Source of the DNA: Halobacteriales archaeon
Lineage (GTDB): Archaea; Halobacteriota; Halobacteria; Halobacteriales; SKSH01
Assembly (NCBI GenBank): GCA_007118145.1
Contig: SKSD01000010.1
Location: 582-64,581 of the forward strand
Direction: 5' to 3'
DNA length: 64,000 bases
Shown here: one piece after another, positions 9,769 through 19,945 of the stretch
Layout of the letters: every line of letters begins with the position of its first letter
How positions within the stretch are numbered: position 1 is the stretch's first letter
Translations under genes and position numbers: made by a program
Notes under the pieces: generated by a model
Database searches by the model: none
Told to the model about the DNA's origin: nothing
Seen by the model: only the letters and a program-made list of their open reading frames with translations

Positions 9769-10356
9769 ATGGCAAGATCCGCCAATCGAACACAAGCCGC
9801 TCCATCAGATGGGGTCCGACTGTGGTTCCCCGGCTACGGCCCAATCGCAGGTATCATCGGATATGTCGTGTTCTTCCTCGTCATCGACGCGATCAAGCCG
9901 GCCATCGTGACCACCGTCACCGATCTCTTCACCTCGGTCTCACCGAGTCAGGTCGGTACGATCCTTGCGGTGTTCCTCTGGTTCATCTTTGGCCTGACCG
10001 TGTTCGGTATCACGCACGATCAACTGCGAAAGAACCCCTACGAGTTCACCAATCGCTATGAGTTGCAGGTCTTCATCGAGGAACACCGGCTCCCTCCGCT
10101 CGGCTACGTGTTGTATACGACACTGGCCGTCCTTGGTGGGATCATCTCCCTCGCGTTATGGCCTTCATTCATCGAGGTATTCAGTGAGTTCGTACTCATA
10201 CTGAGCGGTGAGGCATCTGGCCTTGCGGACACTGTGACCGCTCGGAAAACATTGACATTCGTGGGATTCTTCCTCGCCTTCGGTGCGTGTTCACACGGGC
10301 TCGACCGACTCCTCATCGGCGGTATCCGCGAACTCATCGTGCGACGCTCCATGTAG
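9769..10356 (+). CDS. Hypothetical membrane protein (4 TM)
   Basis: 195 aa with four hydrophobic segments, C-terminal GLDRLLIGGIRE. Confidence 0.75.
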   Translation: MARSANRTQAAPSDGVRLWFPGYGPIAGIIGYVVFFLVIDAIKPAIVTTVTDLFTSVSPSQVGTILAVFLWFIFGLTVFGITHDQLRKNPYEFTNRYELQVFIEEHRLPPLGYVLYTTLAVLGGIISLALWPSFIEVFSEFVLILSGEASGLADTVTARKTLTFVGFFLAFGACSHGLDRLLIGGIRELIVRRSM

Positions 10357-10870
10357 AAAGCGCGTTCAGCGAGAGACGGTCATCGCAGCGAGCGTTTCAG
10401 AGGGTCTCTCCAGAGATCAGACTCACCCAGACTTACCAGACACTTGACAAGACACGCAATCTGACACCGGCGTGATTGCCATTCCACCCGTTCCAGATAG
10501 AGTTACAGCGGATGAACGTCGTCCCGAATGGGCTGGCATCAGTATCGACTCGGAAACCATTTCCACCACATGACCACGCCTCACAATCATACCATCGACT
10601 CCCGTAACTCCCTCGATCATCGGTGGCCGTTGTCGTGATGTGTACGCAGTGAGTGTTCGTCTTGAACAGCTTCAGATGACTGAACGATGCGTTCGGTGCT
10701 CCAATGACCTGAAGGCCGACGTTCTTCAGGTTCTTCACGAGTGATGTGTTTCGAAAGTCCCTGATTCACAGATATTTACAAAACACCCACGCACCAAACA
10801 GGTGTGAAAATAATTAATAGACTGTCATAACCCCGTGAGGTGAGCGAGACGAATCGGTCGGTCTAGGTAG

Positions 10871-12367
10871 CTAGTAGACAGCGTCGAGAATTGCTGGCGC
10901 AAGACCGTCGAACTGACGAAGATATGCCCGTCGATCATCACGCTGATACCTCACCTTGTCCTCCAGGTCATCGACATGTGCGGCGACATCGAACAGAGTG
11001 CTGTCCACACCAGGGACGGCGCGAGGTACCTCGAGACTGAGGGTCTCATCATACCGCCATTCGACCTGATCCTGGGCGATCGCCTTGAGGATATTGGCTG
11101 AATCCTCGACGCTGATATCTCGTGCCTGCTGGCCGAGGTGGCCTGTGTTCAACAGGTAACTGTCGATGTCGAGATGGTCGACGAGGCCACGCAGCAGATT
11201 CCCCTCCTCAGCACGTGAACCGATGGTGAACGGGTTCGTGCCGACGACCCGAATCGACTCGCCAGCGCGGTCTGGGTCGCCTGCACTCGTCTCGACCGAT
11301 TCACCGAGCATGAACGCAACGGCTGCCTGATCGGGTGTCAACCTGGCAACCGGTGGGCAGATGGGGTTGCGCGTGATGAAAAAGAGCTGGTCGACGCCGT
11401 CGAGATCGATCGTACCCGGAGCGATCGAGACATGTTCACGCAGGACGACCGCCCGACCATTGGCGGTATAGGTATCATCGTCGAAGTCGACCCTGCCATC
11501 CTCGTCGATATACACATTCTCAAAGACGGCCGACTCGTGGGTCACTCCGTTGTACAGTTCAGCCTGCTCATCGGGATCGAGACCGGCCGTCTTGACGTAC
11601 ATCCCATATCCCTCTGATCCAACCGCACTACCATCAGGTAACAGCCCACAGACATCGTCTTGCATGACACGGACGCTGCCATCTTGCAGCCCGTAGCCAT
11701 GGGTGGTCAGTGTTGTCTTCCCTGTCGCAGACAACCCCATGAACAGCTGGCCCACCTCGTCACCACCGACTGTTACCTGCTTCGACCCGGCATGTAGGCC
11801 GATGCCACCGTCGCGTTTTACCTCATACATAAACTGTCTGAGGAAGGATTTCTTCGCCTCACCGGTATAATCGCTGCCGATGACAGCGGTGAACCGCTCA
11901 TCAGGAAAGACCCTGATGGCAGTGATATCGTGATCGGGTACCTGTAATGTCCGGAAATCTGGAGGGGCACCCTCCTCAGTAGGTTCGAGCAACTTCGCCC
12001 ATGCATGTGCGATACGAGCGTACCCGGTCGGGACGTAGTATCGGCACACATAGGTGTGGTCTGGGTGGCTCCCCAGTTTCCGGTCCAGACAGAGCATATC
12101 TGCATCGTGAGCGAGCTCGATCGCCTGTGCGACCAGGTCGATATCTTCCTCAGTGAACTCGTGATCGATGGTATTGGCGGTTTGATCGGCGCTTCGCGAG
12201 GTGAACTCACTGTAGTATCCTGCCGACCCATACTCGGTGGTCCGTTCCTCTGCGCGTGCCAACTCGCGCAGTCGCGAAATCGACGGATTATACGTCACAT
12301 TGGACGCTGTGTGCGGATCTGGGAGGTCAATCACATCCGCAGGTGACCAACTTCGGGGCAGTGACAT
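10871..12367 (-). CDS. pckA: Phosphoenolpyruvate carboxykinase (ATP)
   Basis: DYTGEAKKSFLR, LHAGSK, P-loop GLSATGKTTLT, QDDV, FENV, T.NGRA; start set at ATG 12367. Confidence 0.9.
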   Translation of the reverse strand: MSLPRSWSPADVIDLPDPHTASNVTYNPSISRLRELARAEERTTEYGSAGYYSEFTSRSADQTANTIDHEFTEEDIDLVAQAIELAHDADMLCLDRKLGSHPDHTYVCRYYVPTGYARIAHAWAKLLEPTEEGAPPDFRTLQVPDHDITAIRVFPDERFTAVIGSDYTGEAKKSFLRQFMYEVKRDGGIGLHAGSKQVTVGGDEVGQLFMGLSATGKTTLTTHGYGLQDGSVRVMQDDVCGLLPDGSAVGSEGYGMYVKTAGLDPDEQAELYNGVTHESAVFENVYIDEDGRVDFDDDTYTANGRAVVLREHVSIAPGTIDLDGVDQLFFITRNPICPPVARLTPDQAAVAFMLGESVETSAGDPDRAGESIRVVGTNPFTIGSRAEEGNLLRGLVDHLDIDSYLLNTGHLGQQARDISVEDSANILKAIAQDQVEWRYDETLSLEVPRAVPGVDSTLFDVAAHVDDLEDKVRYQRDDRRAYLRQFDGLAPAILDAVY

Positions 12368-12447
12368 TATGTGAAACTTCAACTCCAATTACCATAAAAC
12401 CGGTTCGATTGCGACGTAGTTATGGTGTGATGAAAATCACGCCTGGC

Positions 12448-15400
12448 TCAGTCGAGTATCCTGACACCGGTGATCGCGAACCGCGTCCCTCCACCCTCAG
12501 CCTCTGATACCTCGATACTCCAGTCGTGTGCATTGACGATCTCTCTGACGATCGACAGCCCAAAGCCCGTACCCTCCGGGCGTGTACTGTAGCCGAGGTC
12601 GAACAGCCGTTCGGTATCGATACCGTTCAGACCGACACCGTCATCCTCCACAAAATAGCCATCATCGAGCTGACCGATCCGGACTGTCACGGACCGACCA
12701 CCATGATCGACGGCGTTGTGGAACAGGTTCTCAAGGATATGTCGCAAGGGGTCGGGGTCAGCCTCGATCGTCACGTCATCGATCACCTCCAACGTCGCCT
12801 CACCACTTGAGACAGTCGCCCATGATTGATGTGCGACCTGGCTGAGTGAGACAGGTTCCATCCTCGTGAGCATCTCACCCCTCCGTGCCAGTGAGAGCGT
12901 CCCATCGATGATATCATCCATCCGATTCAATGCATTGGCGATCATCTCGACGGCATCATCATCACGGTCGCCACGCAACAGTTCGAGATGGCCTGCGGCG
13001 ACGTTGAGTGGGTTCCTGAGGTCATGTGAGAGTACGTTCGAGAACTGCTCCAGCCGTTCGTTCTGACGGCGAAGCTCACGTTCTCGCTGCAGACGTGATA
13101 TCGCGTTCTCGGTATGACGGATGAGCAACTCACTCAGAGCCAAATCTCGTTCGTCGAACGCCTCAGGCTGTTCAGATATCACCTGAAAGACACCGATATC
13201 GCCGATCGGTATGCTGATCGCAGAGCCGATCTCCATCTGCGGTACCGCCATCTCGAACTCGGTGATATCACTGACGAGATACGACTCCCCATGCTGGTAG
13301 GTTAGCCCAGCGACCCCCTCGTCCACCTCCATGGTCGGCGGTGCGTCGAAATCGAGCTGCTCGGACATGGCGGTGACGAGGAGTTTGCCTTGCTCCTCGA
13401 TGGCGATACCAGAGCGGTCGAAGTCCAACAACGAAGAAGCTACCTCGATGGTGAGTTCGAACACGTCATTTTCTGTCTCGCAGTGTGCGAGTTCCGTCGC
13501 GACATGGTGCAACTCGGTGATGACCTGCTCGCGATGGATACGGTCATAGATATGCGATATCCACCGACACACAAGTTCGACGAAGACCTTGTGCTCAGGT
13601 GAGAACCCCTCTGGTCTCGCTGCCTCATCGACGAAACACACGGTCCCGAACTGGTCATCATCGACGATGAGTCGACCACCGATATAACATCCAAAGCCGT
13701 GTTTGGTGTAAGCCGGGTGGTCTTCAAGCCCCTCTTCTTCAGCAGAGGCGATCGCCACGATGGTATCATCATCGAGTGTATATTGGCAGTAGGTATCGGC
13801 GAGGTCAGTCTGTAGTCCCTCCTCAACACCGTGACCGGCCACCCTGAGCACCTCATACGTCGACTGTGATGGGTCGATACGGGTGACGTACCCACACGAG
13901 AGATTCAAACTCGTACAGCCGAGTTCGAGGAGTCTACCGATCGTCTCGTGTGGATCGATACTGGGATCAGACGTGATCTGATAGAGTTGCTGTCGATAGT
14001 GTTCATTTTGGTCTCGCTGTTCCTCCCGTCGTTTTCGATCTGAGATATCTCGTCCATTGATGACGTATGAGGCATCATCCTGCTCAGAGACGCTCGCCTC
14101 GATCCAGAGCCAGTCATCATCCGCGGTTGAGACACGGAACTCACCTCGGGTATGTCCCGCCTCCCCATGTTCGAACAGGTAGTGTATGACCTCTCGATCG
14201 TCGGGGTGAACGACCGAATCCAGGTGTCTGTCGGTCAACTCATCTGGGTCCCATCCAGTCATTCGCTCAACCGCCGGGCTGATGTATGAGATCGTTCGGT
14301 TTTCGTCGATGACGGCGATGACATCACTGGCGTGTTCGATATATGCCTGATAGCGTTGCTTGAGCTCGGTAAGGTCTTCCTCACGACGCTTTTGCTCGGA
14401 GATATCGATGTAGATGACAAAGCAATCGAGGTGCCCATCGTTGTTGGTCCCGACCGGCACCGACCTGAGCAGGAAGTCACGGATACCATCGACAGTCTGT
14501 CGGCGCACCTCCCTGACAACACTCTCACCCTCAAGGATGCGTTGGTCGATCAGTCGAGCCTCCTCGAGTAATCCCTCCGGGACGACGAACTCGTTATTCG
14601 AGTGACCGATCGCATCCCGCTCATCTACCCCGAAGGTCGTCTCGTAGGCATGATTCACTGCCTGGATGATCGGCTCACCATCACGCATCTCCAGTTGAGC
14701 GACCGGCTCAGGGATCGTACCGATCAGACCAGAGAGACGGTCTCGCTCGTCCTCGATCACCTGCTCACGTGCTTTTTGCTCGGGGATATCCCGAGCCACA
14801 CCGATCATCAGCTGCCGCCCATCCGAGCGCTCAAGCGGTTCGCCGTAATCCTCGACCCACCTGGTCGAACCACCCACCTCGGTTCGGAACTCGACCTCGA
14901 ACGGTTCACTGGCATCAATCGCCCGTTCGAATGCCCGTGCTACCCGGTCACGATCTTCAGGATGTATCCGTTCGAAGTAGTCGGACGACTCCTCGATTCG
15001 TGTCTGGAATACCGGGTGGAACTCGGGATGGTAGGTCACCGTGTCAGCTTCAATATCATACTCCCAGATGGCCGCTGTCGTGACATCGAGGGCCATCTCC
15101 ATCCGCTTTGATGCCTGCTCATGTTCATGCTCGTTGAGCTTGCGTTCGGTGATATCTCGGATGGCAGCCATCACACGCTCATCCCCATCGATCGTGGTCT
15201 TGGTGAGGTGTACCTCGACCGGGACGAACGACCCATCGCTCTTCCTGATCAGCCATTCGAATGTCAACGGTTCGTCATCGGCCGCCTGTCTGATCAGCAT
15301 CTGTGCCCGTTCGGTGGTGAAGGGAGCCACCTCAGCATGGAGCTCATCAAAGCCACACTCGAGCATATCATCACGTGAATAGCCAAAGAGTGAGCAACAT

Positions 15401-15897
15401 TGCTGATTGGCATCGAGGATGGTCCCCTCAGGTACCTTGTGTAGGATGATACCATCGGGTATCTTGTCAAACATCTCCTGGTAGTTCAACCGGGCACGGT
15501 GTCGATCGACGGCGTTGGTGATGCGGTTGGCGAGGATTTCGAACTGCTCGCTCCCAGACCGCTTTTGCAGGTAATCGGTCACGCCAGCCGATATCGCGCG
15601 GCTGGCGATCTCCTCGCTGCCCTTGCCGGTGAAGAGGATGAACGGGAGATCTGCATATCGCTCGCGAATCTGTTCGAGTAACTTGATGCCCGACCCACCA
15701 GGCATCTCGAAGTCGGAGACGATACAATCGACCCCGTCATCGAGGTGCTCAAGAGCGGCCTGCATCGAGTGTGTTGAGTCGACGGCAATATCCGCAGATA
15801 CCGATTGCAGGTACTCAGCCGATATCGCAGCGAATTCGGGGTCATCATCGACATGTAACACCCGAATGGATCTCCCCATTATGAGCGGTGAAGCCAT
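12448..15897 (-). CDS. Hybrid sensor histidine kinase: REC + 4 PAS + 2 GAF + HisKA + HATPase
   Basis: LHVDDD..DCIVSDFEMPG..LFTGKG receiver; HPEDR/HPDDR PAS motifs; H-box SHDLRNPL; NLFHNA, EDDGVG, GTGFGL. Confidence 0.93.
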   Translation of the reverse strand: MASPLIMGRSIRVLHVDDDPEFAAISAEYLQSVSADIAVDSTHSMQAALEHLDDGVDCIVSDFEMPGGSGIKLLEQIRERYADLPFILFTGKGSEEIASRAISAGVTDYLQKRSGSEQFEILANRITNAVDRHRARLNYQEMFDKIPDGIILHKVPEGTILDANQQCCSLFGYSRDDMLECGFDELHAEVAPFTTERAQMLIRQAADDEPLTFEWLIRKSDGSFVPVEVHLTKTTIDGDERVMAAIRDITERKLNEHEHEQASKRMEMALDVTTAAIWEYDIEADTVTYHPEFHPVFQTRIEESSDYFERIHPEDRDRVARAFERAIDASEPFEVEFRTEVGGSTRWVEDYGEPLERSDGRQLMIGVARDIPEQKAREQVIEDERDRLSGLIGTIPEPVAQLEMRDGEPIIQAVNHAYETTFGVDERDAIGHSNNEFVVPEGLLEEARLIDQRILEGESVVREVRRQTVDGIRDFLLRSVPVGTNNDGHLDCFVIYIDISEQKRREEDLTELKQRYQAYIEHASDVIAVIDENRTISYISPAVERMTGWDPDELTDRHLDSVVHPDDREVIHYLFEHGEAGHTRGEFRVSTADDDWLWIEASVSEQDDASYVINGRDISDRKRREEQRDQNEHYRQQLYQITSDPSIDPHETIGRLLELGCTSLNLSCGYVTRIDPSQSTYEVLRVAGHGVEEGLQTDLADTYCQYTLDDDTIVAIASAEEEGLEDHPAYTKHGFGCYIGGRLIVDDDQFGTVCFVDEAARPEGFSPEHKVFVELVCRWISHIYDRIHREQVITELHHVATELAHCETENDVFELTIEVASSLLDFDRSGIAIEEQGKLLVTAMSEQLDFDAPPTMEVDEGVAGLTYQHGESYLVSDITEFEMAVPQMEIGSAISIPIGDIGVFQVISEQPEAFDERDLALSELLIRHTENAISRLQRERELRRQNERLEQFSNVLSHDLRNPLNVAAGHLELLRGDRDDDAVEMIANALNRMDDIIDGTLSLARRGEMLTRMEPVSLSQVAHQSWATVSSGEATLEVIDDVTIEADPDPLRHILENLFHNAVDHGGRSVTVRIGQLDDGYFVEDDGVGLNGIDTERLFDLGYSTRPEGTGFGLSIVREIVNAHDWSIEVSEAEGGGTRFAITGVRILD

Positions 15898-16089
15898 CCC
15901 CCTTCTTACGATTTCCGGAGTGATTATCAGAAAAGATGAATACTAAACCTGTCTGTCGGAGTTGTAGTCGCCAAATGACGATCCATTCGACACAGTTTCT
16001 CTCACCAGTGATAACCGAAATCCAGTGTTCTCCCTGGCAGGGAAACCTTTGATAACCCTTCACGTGTTGAGACTGGTGAATCAGTCCGT

Positions 16090-16548
16090 ATGTTCAAGAC
16101 GATACTGCTCCCAACCGATGGTAGCCCGAATGCTCGGGCAGCGACTGAGATGGCGTTCGATCTCGCCAAGGCGACAGATGCATCGGTGTTCGTGAGTTAT
16201 ATTGTCGAGTTTCTACCAGCATACGGGCGTGCAGGCGCACCGTGGATACTCGGTCAGGGGGTCAAACGCGAGGAGATGATCGCTCGTGGTGAGAGCGTGG
16301 TCGAGGCGGTGACCAGACTCGCCGATGAACGAGGGATCGAGTGCAAGACAAAGGTGACCAGCGGTGTACCGCAGCAACTCATCGTCGAACAGGCAAAGCG
16401 GGTCGATGCCGACGTGATCGTGATGGGGAAGACCGATCGCCGAGGTGTCAGTGAACGTCTCTGGGGGAGTACCGCCGACCGAGTCGTCATGCGAGCGACC
16501 GTGCCAGTACTGCTTGTGAGTGAGGCAGATCTCGCGTCTACAGGGTGA
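16090..16548 (+). CDS. Universal stress protein (UspA family)
   Basis: ILLPTDGS..A..A, DVIVMG, GSTADRVVMRATVPVLLV. Confidence 0.92.
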   Translation: MFKTILLPTDGSPNARAATEMAFDLAKATDASVFVSYIVEFLPAYGRAGAPWILGQGVKREEMIARGESVVEAVTRLADERGIECKTKVTSGVPQQLIVEQAKRVDADVIVMGKTDRRGVSERLWGSTADRVVMRATVPVLLVSEADLASTG

Positions 16549-16748
16549 TGGCCGGCGATGGCCAGGCTACTCGGAAGCGCATCATCCAGATCATCGTGCT
16601 GGGAGGGGTCCCACTGCTCACGCTGATCGGGATGGTGTGGTTAATCACAGAAGATGTGGCCTATCCGACGAACGTGGCGATCGGTGTTGGTCTGTTCGGG
16701 CTGTTATGGTTCTGGTTCCGTTCACTCGGTCGGCTCACCGGTGATTGA
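16545..16748 (+). CDS. Small 2-TM membrane protein coupled to UspA
   Basis: 67 aa, two hydrophobic helices, GTGA overlap with the uspA stop. Confidence 0.65.
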   Translation: MMAGDGQATRKRIIQIIVLGGVPLLTLIGMVWLITEDVAYPTNVAIGVGLFGLLWFWFRSLGRLTGD

Positions 16749-16971
16749 CATTCGTTCCCTCCTGATGAACGTGCAGATAGCCTTGATACATTAATAGGAG
16801 GTCATCTGTCACCGACTGAGCATCCAGCACGACTCGCTTAATCGCCCGACGCGAGCGTCATGTGTGGTGTTATCAATGTTTATTCTCAAGACCATCACCC
16901 TTTAATAGCAGACTGCAAACTCACCGTATCGTGCAGACGCACGCGGTAACGCGACATGGAGATGATCGCTG

Positions 16972-18090
16972 ATGTGCTCGGCCATCCCCAAGTCGGAAGC
17001 CTCGCTTGTCGGCCTGGTGAGTGGCGACCTTCTCGGCATCGATATCGTGGTGACGATCGCCATCATCGTCTTCGCCCTTCTCGTGAGCACGTTCACACTC
17101 ACGATGGGACTCTCGGTGGTAGGGCATCGTCGTGATACTGAGCAAGCTGCAGTGGTCGCCGAGGTCCGTGATGGCCTACTCGAACGACTCAGCCGTGACC
17201 GGCCAGGGTGGGAAGAGTGGGTCGACACCCTCGACGAACCGAGGGAGGAGGTACTCCTCGATCACCTGGAGACCTATCTTGATATGTTGGTTGGTCGAGA
17301 TCACGAGCGATTGCTCGAGTTGGCAGAGACTCTCGATCTGTACGAACGTGCTCGGCTATCGATCGAGACCGGTGATACCTTCGACCGGTGCCGTGCGCTT
17401 CGCTGGCTCGATATCATGGACATGTCGATCGACCCGGGCTGGTTGCTCCCTCGGATATCCACTGCGAGGATCGAGCGCGAGGCAGCAGCACCGGTACTGC
17501 GTCGACATCCCGATGGACACCAACTCGCTCTCTCGTTACTCCTTGAAGGCGAGTATCTGACGGGTCATGGCATGGAGACACTCTATCAGCTCATCGCCGA
17601 TGACCCGACGCCGACTGTCGAACATCTCCACGAGATCGAGTCCACCGAACTCCTCTCACAGGTGTTACTCGTACTCGCCGCCCGTCCGTCGTCCGATGAG
17701 GAACCACCGATCGAGCCACTGACCGAGCTTTACGGACATGCTGATGAACGTATTCGAGCCCGTACCTGCCTCGTACTAGGCACCTTCGCCTGGCACGAAG
17801 ACCTCAAGGAGTCGATCGATATCGATGCGTTACTCGATGATAGCCCAGAGGTACGTATCGCCACGTATCGAATGCTTGCCAGGTGGCGTGACGAGATCGC
17901 CAGACACCATCTCCGGACAGCACTCGATGAGGAGACGGATCGTCGGGCAAAGATTGTACTCGTACGGTCGCTCTTGCAACATGGCCGACGCGGTGATCGC
18001 TTCGCCCTCGCCGGCCTTGTCGATGAGAACCTCCTCACATGGGCAAGGCTCGAAGGCGTTGCCAGTGAGCGGAGGGACCCACTGCTATGA
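16972..18090 (+). CDS. Membrane-anchored HEAT-repeat protein
   Basis: N-terminal TM helix, then helical repeats (DERIRARTCLVLG, SPEVRIATYRML); ATGA overlap with the GT2; exact start uncertain. Confidence 0.75.
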   Translation: MCSAIPKSEASLVGLVSGDLLGIDIVVTIAIIVFALLVSTFTLTMGLSVVGHRRDTEQAAVVAEVRDGLLERLSRDRPGWEEWVDTLDEPREEVLLDHLETYLDMLVGRDHERLLELAETLDLYERARLSIETGDTFDRCRALRWLDIMDMSIDPGWLLPRISTARIEREAAAPVLRRHPDGHQLALSLLLEGEYLTGHGMETLYQLIADDPTPTVEHLHEIESTELLSQVLLVLAARPSSDEEPPIEPLTELYGHADERIRARTCLVLGTFAWHEDLKESIDIDALLDDSPEVRIATYRMLARWRDEIARHHLRTALDEETDRRAKIVLVRSLLQHGRRGDRFALAGLVDENLLTWARLEGVASERRDPLL

Positions 18091-19529
18091 TTCGAGAGCT
18101 GCTCATGTGGGTGATCGTCACATCAGCCATCATCGTGCTGATTCTGTATGCGGTCATCAACGCGTTCTACCTGTTCATCCATATCATCGGGCTTGTCGAA
18201 CTTCGTGACCAGATGCGAGATCAGGAGGTCGACCCAGCGTACTCCTCCTTCGATAGCAACTTCCTCCCCGGTGTGGCGATGATCGTCCCTGCATACAACG
18301 AGGCGAACACGATCGTCGATTGCGTCCGCTCACTCGTCGAGATCGAGTACCCCGAGGTGACGGTCATCGCCGTGAACGATGGCTCGACGGATGACACACT
18401 CGAGCGGCTCACGGAGACGTTTGGCCTCGAGCTTGTCAATGATACACCACCGTGGCAGCTCTCCGATACCGAGGTGCACGGGATATACCGATCGACGACG
18501 GCAGAGCGGTTGTACGTGATCGACAAGGAAAACGGTGGTAAGAGTGATGCACTGAACGCAGGGATCAACTTCACCGAACAACCGCTGTTCTGTTCGATCG
18601 ATGCTGACTCTATCATCGACCGATCTGGCCTCAGACGGGTGGTCGCCCCGTTTATCGCTAATCCAAAGGAGGTGGTCGCATCGGGTGGGACGGTCCGACT
18701 TGCCAATGGCTGCGTGATCGAGGATGGGCATCTGGTCGATGCGAACATGTCTGACTCGCTGCTCGTGCAGATGCAAGAGGCGGAGTATCTCAGATCGTTC
18801 TACTCCGGCCGTCTCGGCCTGAGTCGTCTGCGAAACCTGCTGGTCATCTCGGGGACGTTCGGCATGTTCAGGACCGATGTGATACGTGAGATCGGTGGGT
18901 ACAATCCCGAGACGGTGACTGAAGACCTTGACCTCGTGGTCAGATTACACCGTCACTTTCACGAGCACGACCTTCCGTATCGCGTAGAGTTCGTCTCCGA
19001 ACCGATCGTCTGGACCCAGGCACCAGAACGCCTGGGCGACCTGGGCAGACAGCGACGTCGATGGTATCGAGGGCTCCTTGAGGTCATCTCCACCAACCGC
19101 GACATGATCGCCAACCCACGATACGGCACCATCGGAATGTTCGCCATCCCGATCCATATCATCGCTGAGGTGTTCGGACCGCTGCTTGAGGCGTATGGCT
19201 ATCTCGTCGTGATCACGGCGATTATCCTCGGTATCTTGCACGTCGAGTTCTTCGTGTTGTTCTTGTTGGTGATCATCGGGATCGGGATCTTCCTGTCCAC
19301 CTTCGGTGTCTTCAGTGAGGTATGGGGCTACCGTCGGTACGACGACCCTGGAGAGATAGCCGTCCTCCTCGGAGCATCGATCGTCGAGAACATCGGCTAC
19401 CGCCAGCTCCGTGCGGTCTGGGCCGTCCACGGTCTCGTCGAGTTCCTCAGAAGGGACACGAGCTGGGGCCGCATCCGCCGGCAGACCTTCAACGATACCG
19501 CTGTCGGTGAAATGTCGTCGAATGAGTGA
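18087..19529 (+). CDS. Processive GT2 glycosyltransferase (CesA/IcaA/PgaC-like)
   Basis: VPAYNE, VNDGSTD, KENGGKSDALNAG, IDADS, TVTEDLDL, QRRRWYRG (QxxRW), C-terminal TMs. Confidence 0.92.
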   Translation: MIRELLMWVIVTSAIIVLILYAVINAFYLFIHIIGLVELRDQMRDQEVDPAYSSFDSNFLPGVAMIVPAYNEANTIVDCVRSLVEIEYPEVTVIAVNDGSTDDTLERLTETFGLELVNDTPPWQLSDTEVHGIYRSTTAERLYVIDKENGGKSDALNAGINFTEQPLFCSIDADSIIDRSGLRRVVAPFIANPKEVVASGGTVRLANGCVIEDGHLVDANMSDSLLVQMQEAEYLRSFYSGRLGLSRLRNLLVISGTFGMFRTDVIREIGGYNPETVTEDLDLVVRLHRHFHEHDLPYRVEFVSEPIVWTQAPERLGDLGRQRRRWYRGLLEVISTNRDMIANPRYGTIGMFAIPIHIIAEVFGPLLEAYGYLVVITAIILGILHVEFFVLFLLVIIGIGIFLSTFGVFSEVWGYRRYDDPGEIAVLLGASIVENIGYRQLRAVWAVHGLVEFLRRDTSWGRIRRQTFNDTAVGEMSSNE

Positions 19530-19621
19530 GAAGCAAGGTGGTCACAAATCGCAACACGATATCAGTGGTAATGATTAGTGTTGAACAATGTTAATATATC
19601 CTGATAACAAATGAGAGTGTC

Positions 19622-19945
19622 ATGAACGGGGTACTCCAGGTCGACCTCAGCCTCCTGCAACCGCAGGAAGTGGTCGTCCTCATCGTCGCCGTCGGTGGAC
19701 TTCTCCCGATCATCCTCTACTATCGGTGGGCGACGAGGTGGGTGCTCATCGCGTATGCATTCTTACTGATCGGTGCGCTCGCCACCAATATCGAAAACCT
19801 CTTTTGGCACGATCAGATCAACCGTATCGAGCACTTCGTTGGCAACCTTGGGGCCGGTATCGCCTTTGCGGTCGCCGCGTACGCCTATCGCGCCTCGTTG
19901 ACCGACGAGTTTGGTCCCGATGGAGGTCAAGGCGATGACGATTGA
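19622..19945 (+). CDS. Small 3-TM membrane protein upstream of a sensor kinase
   Basis: 107 aa, three hydrophobic segments, overlaps the kinase start. Confidence 0.75.
   Translation: MNGVLQVDLSLLQPQEVVVLIVAVGGLLPIILYYRWATRWVLIAYAFLLIGALATNIENLFWHDQINRIEHFVGNLGAGIAFAVAAYAYRASLTDEFGPDGGQGDDD

Noticed and set aside
10360-10800. Overlapping short minus-strand ORFs (10423..10620, 10433..10738 and a ~50-aa frame upstream)
   Set aside because: No recognisable motif and no frame clearly favoured; a small gene cannot be excluded
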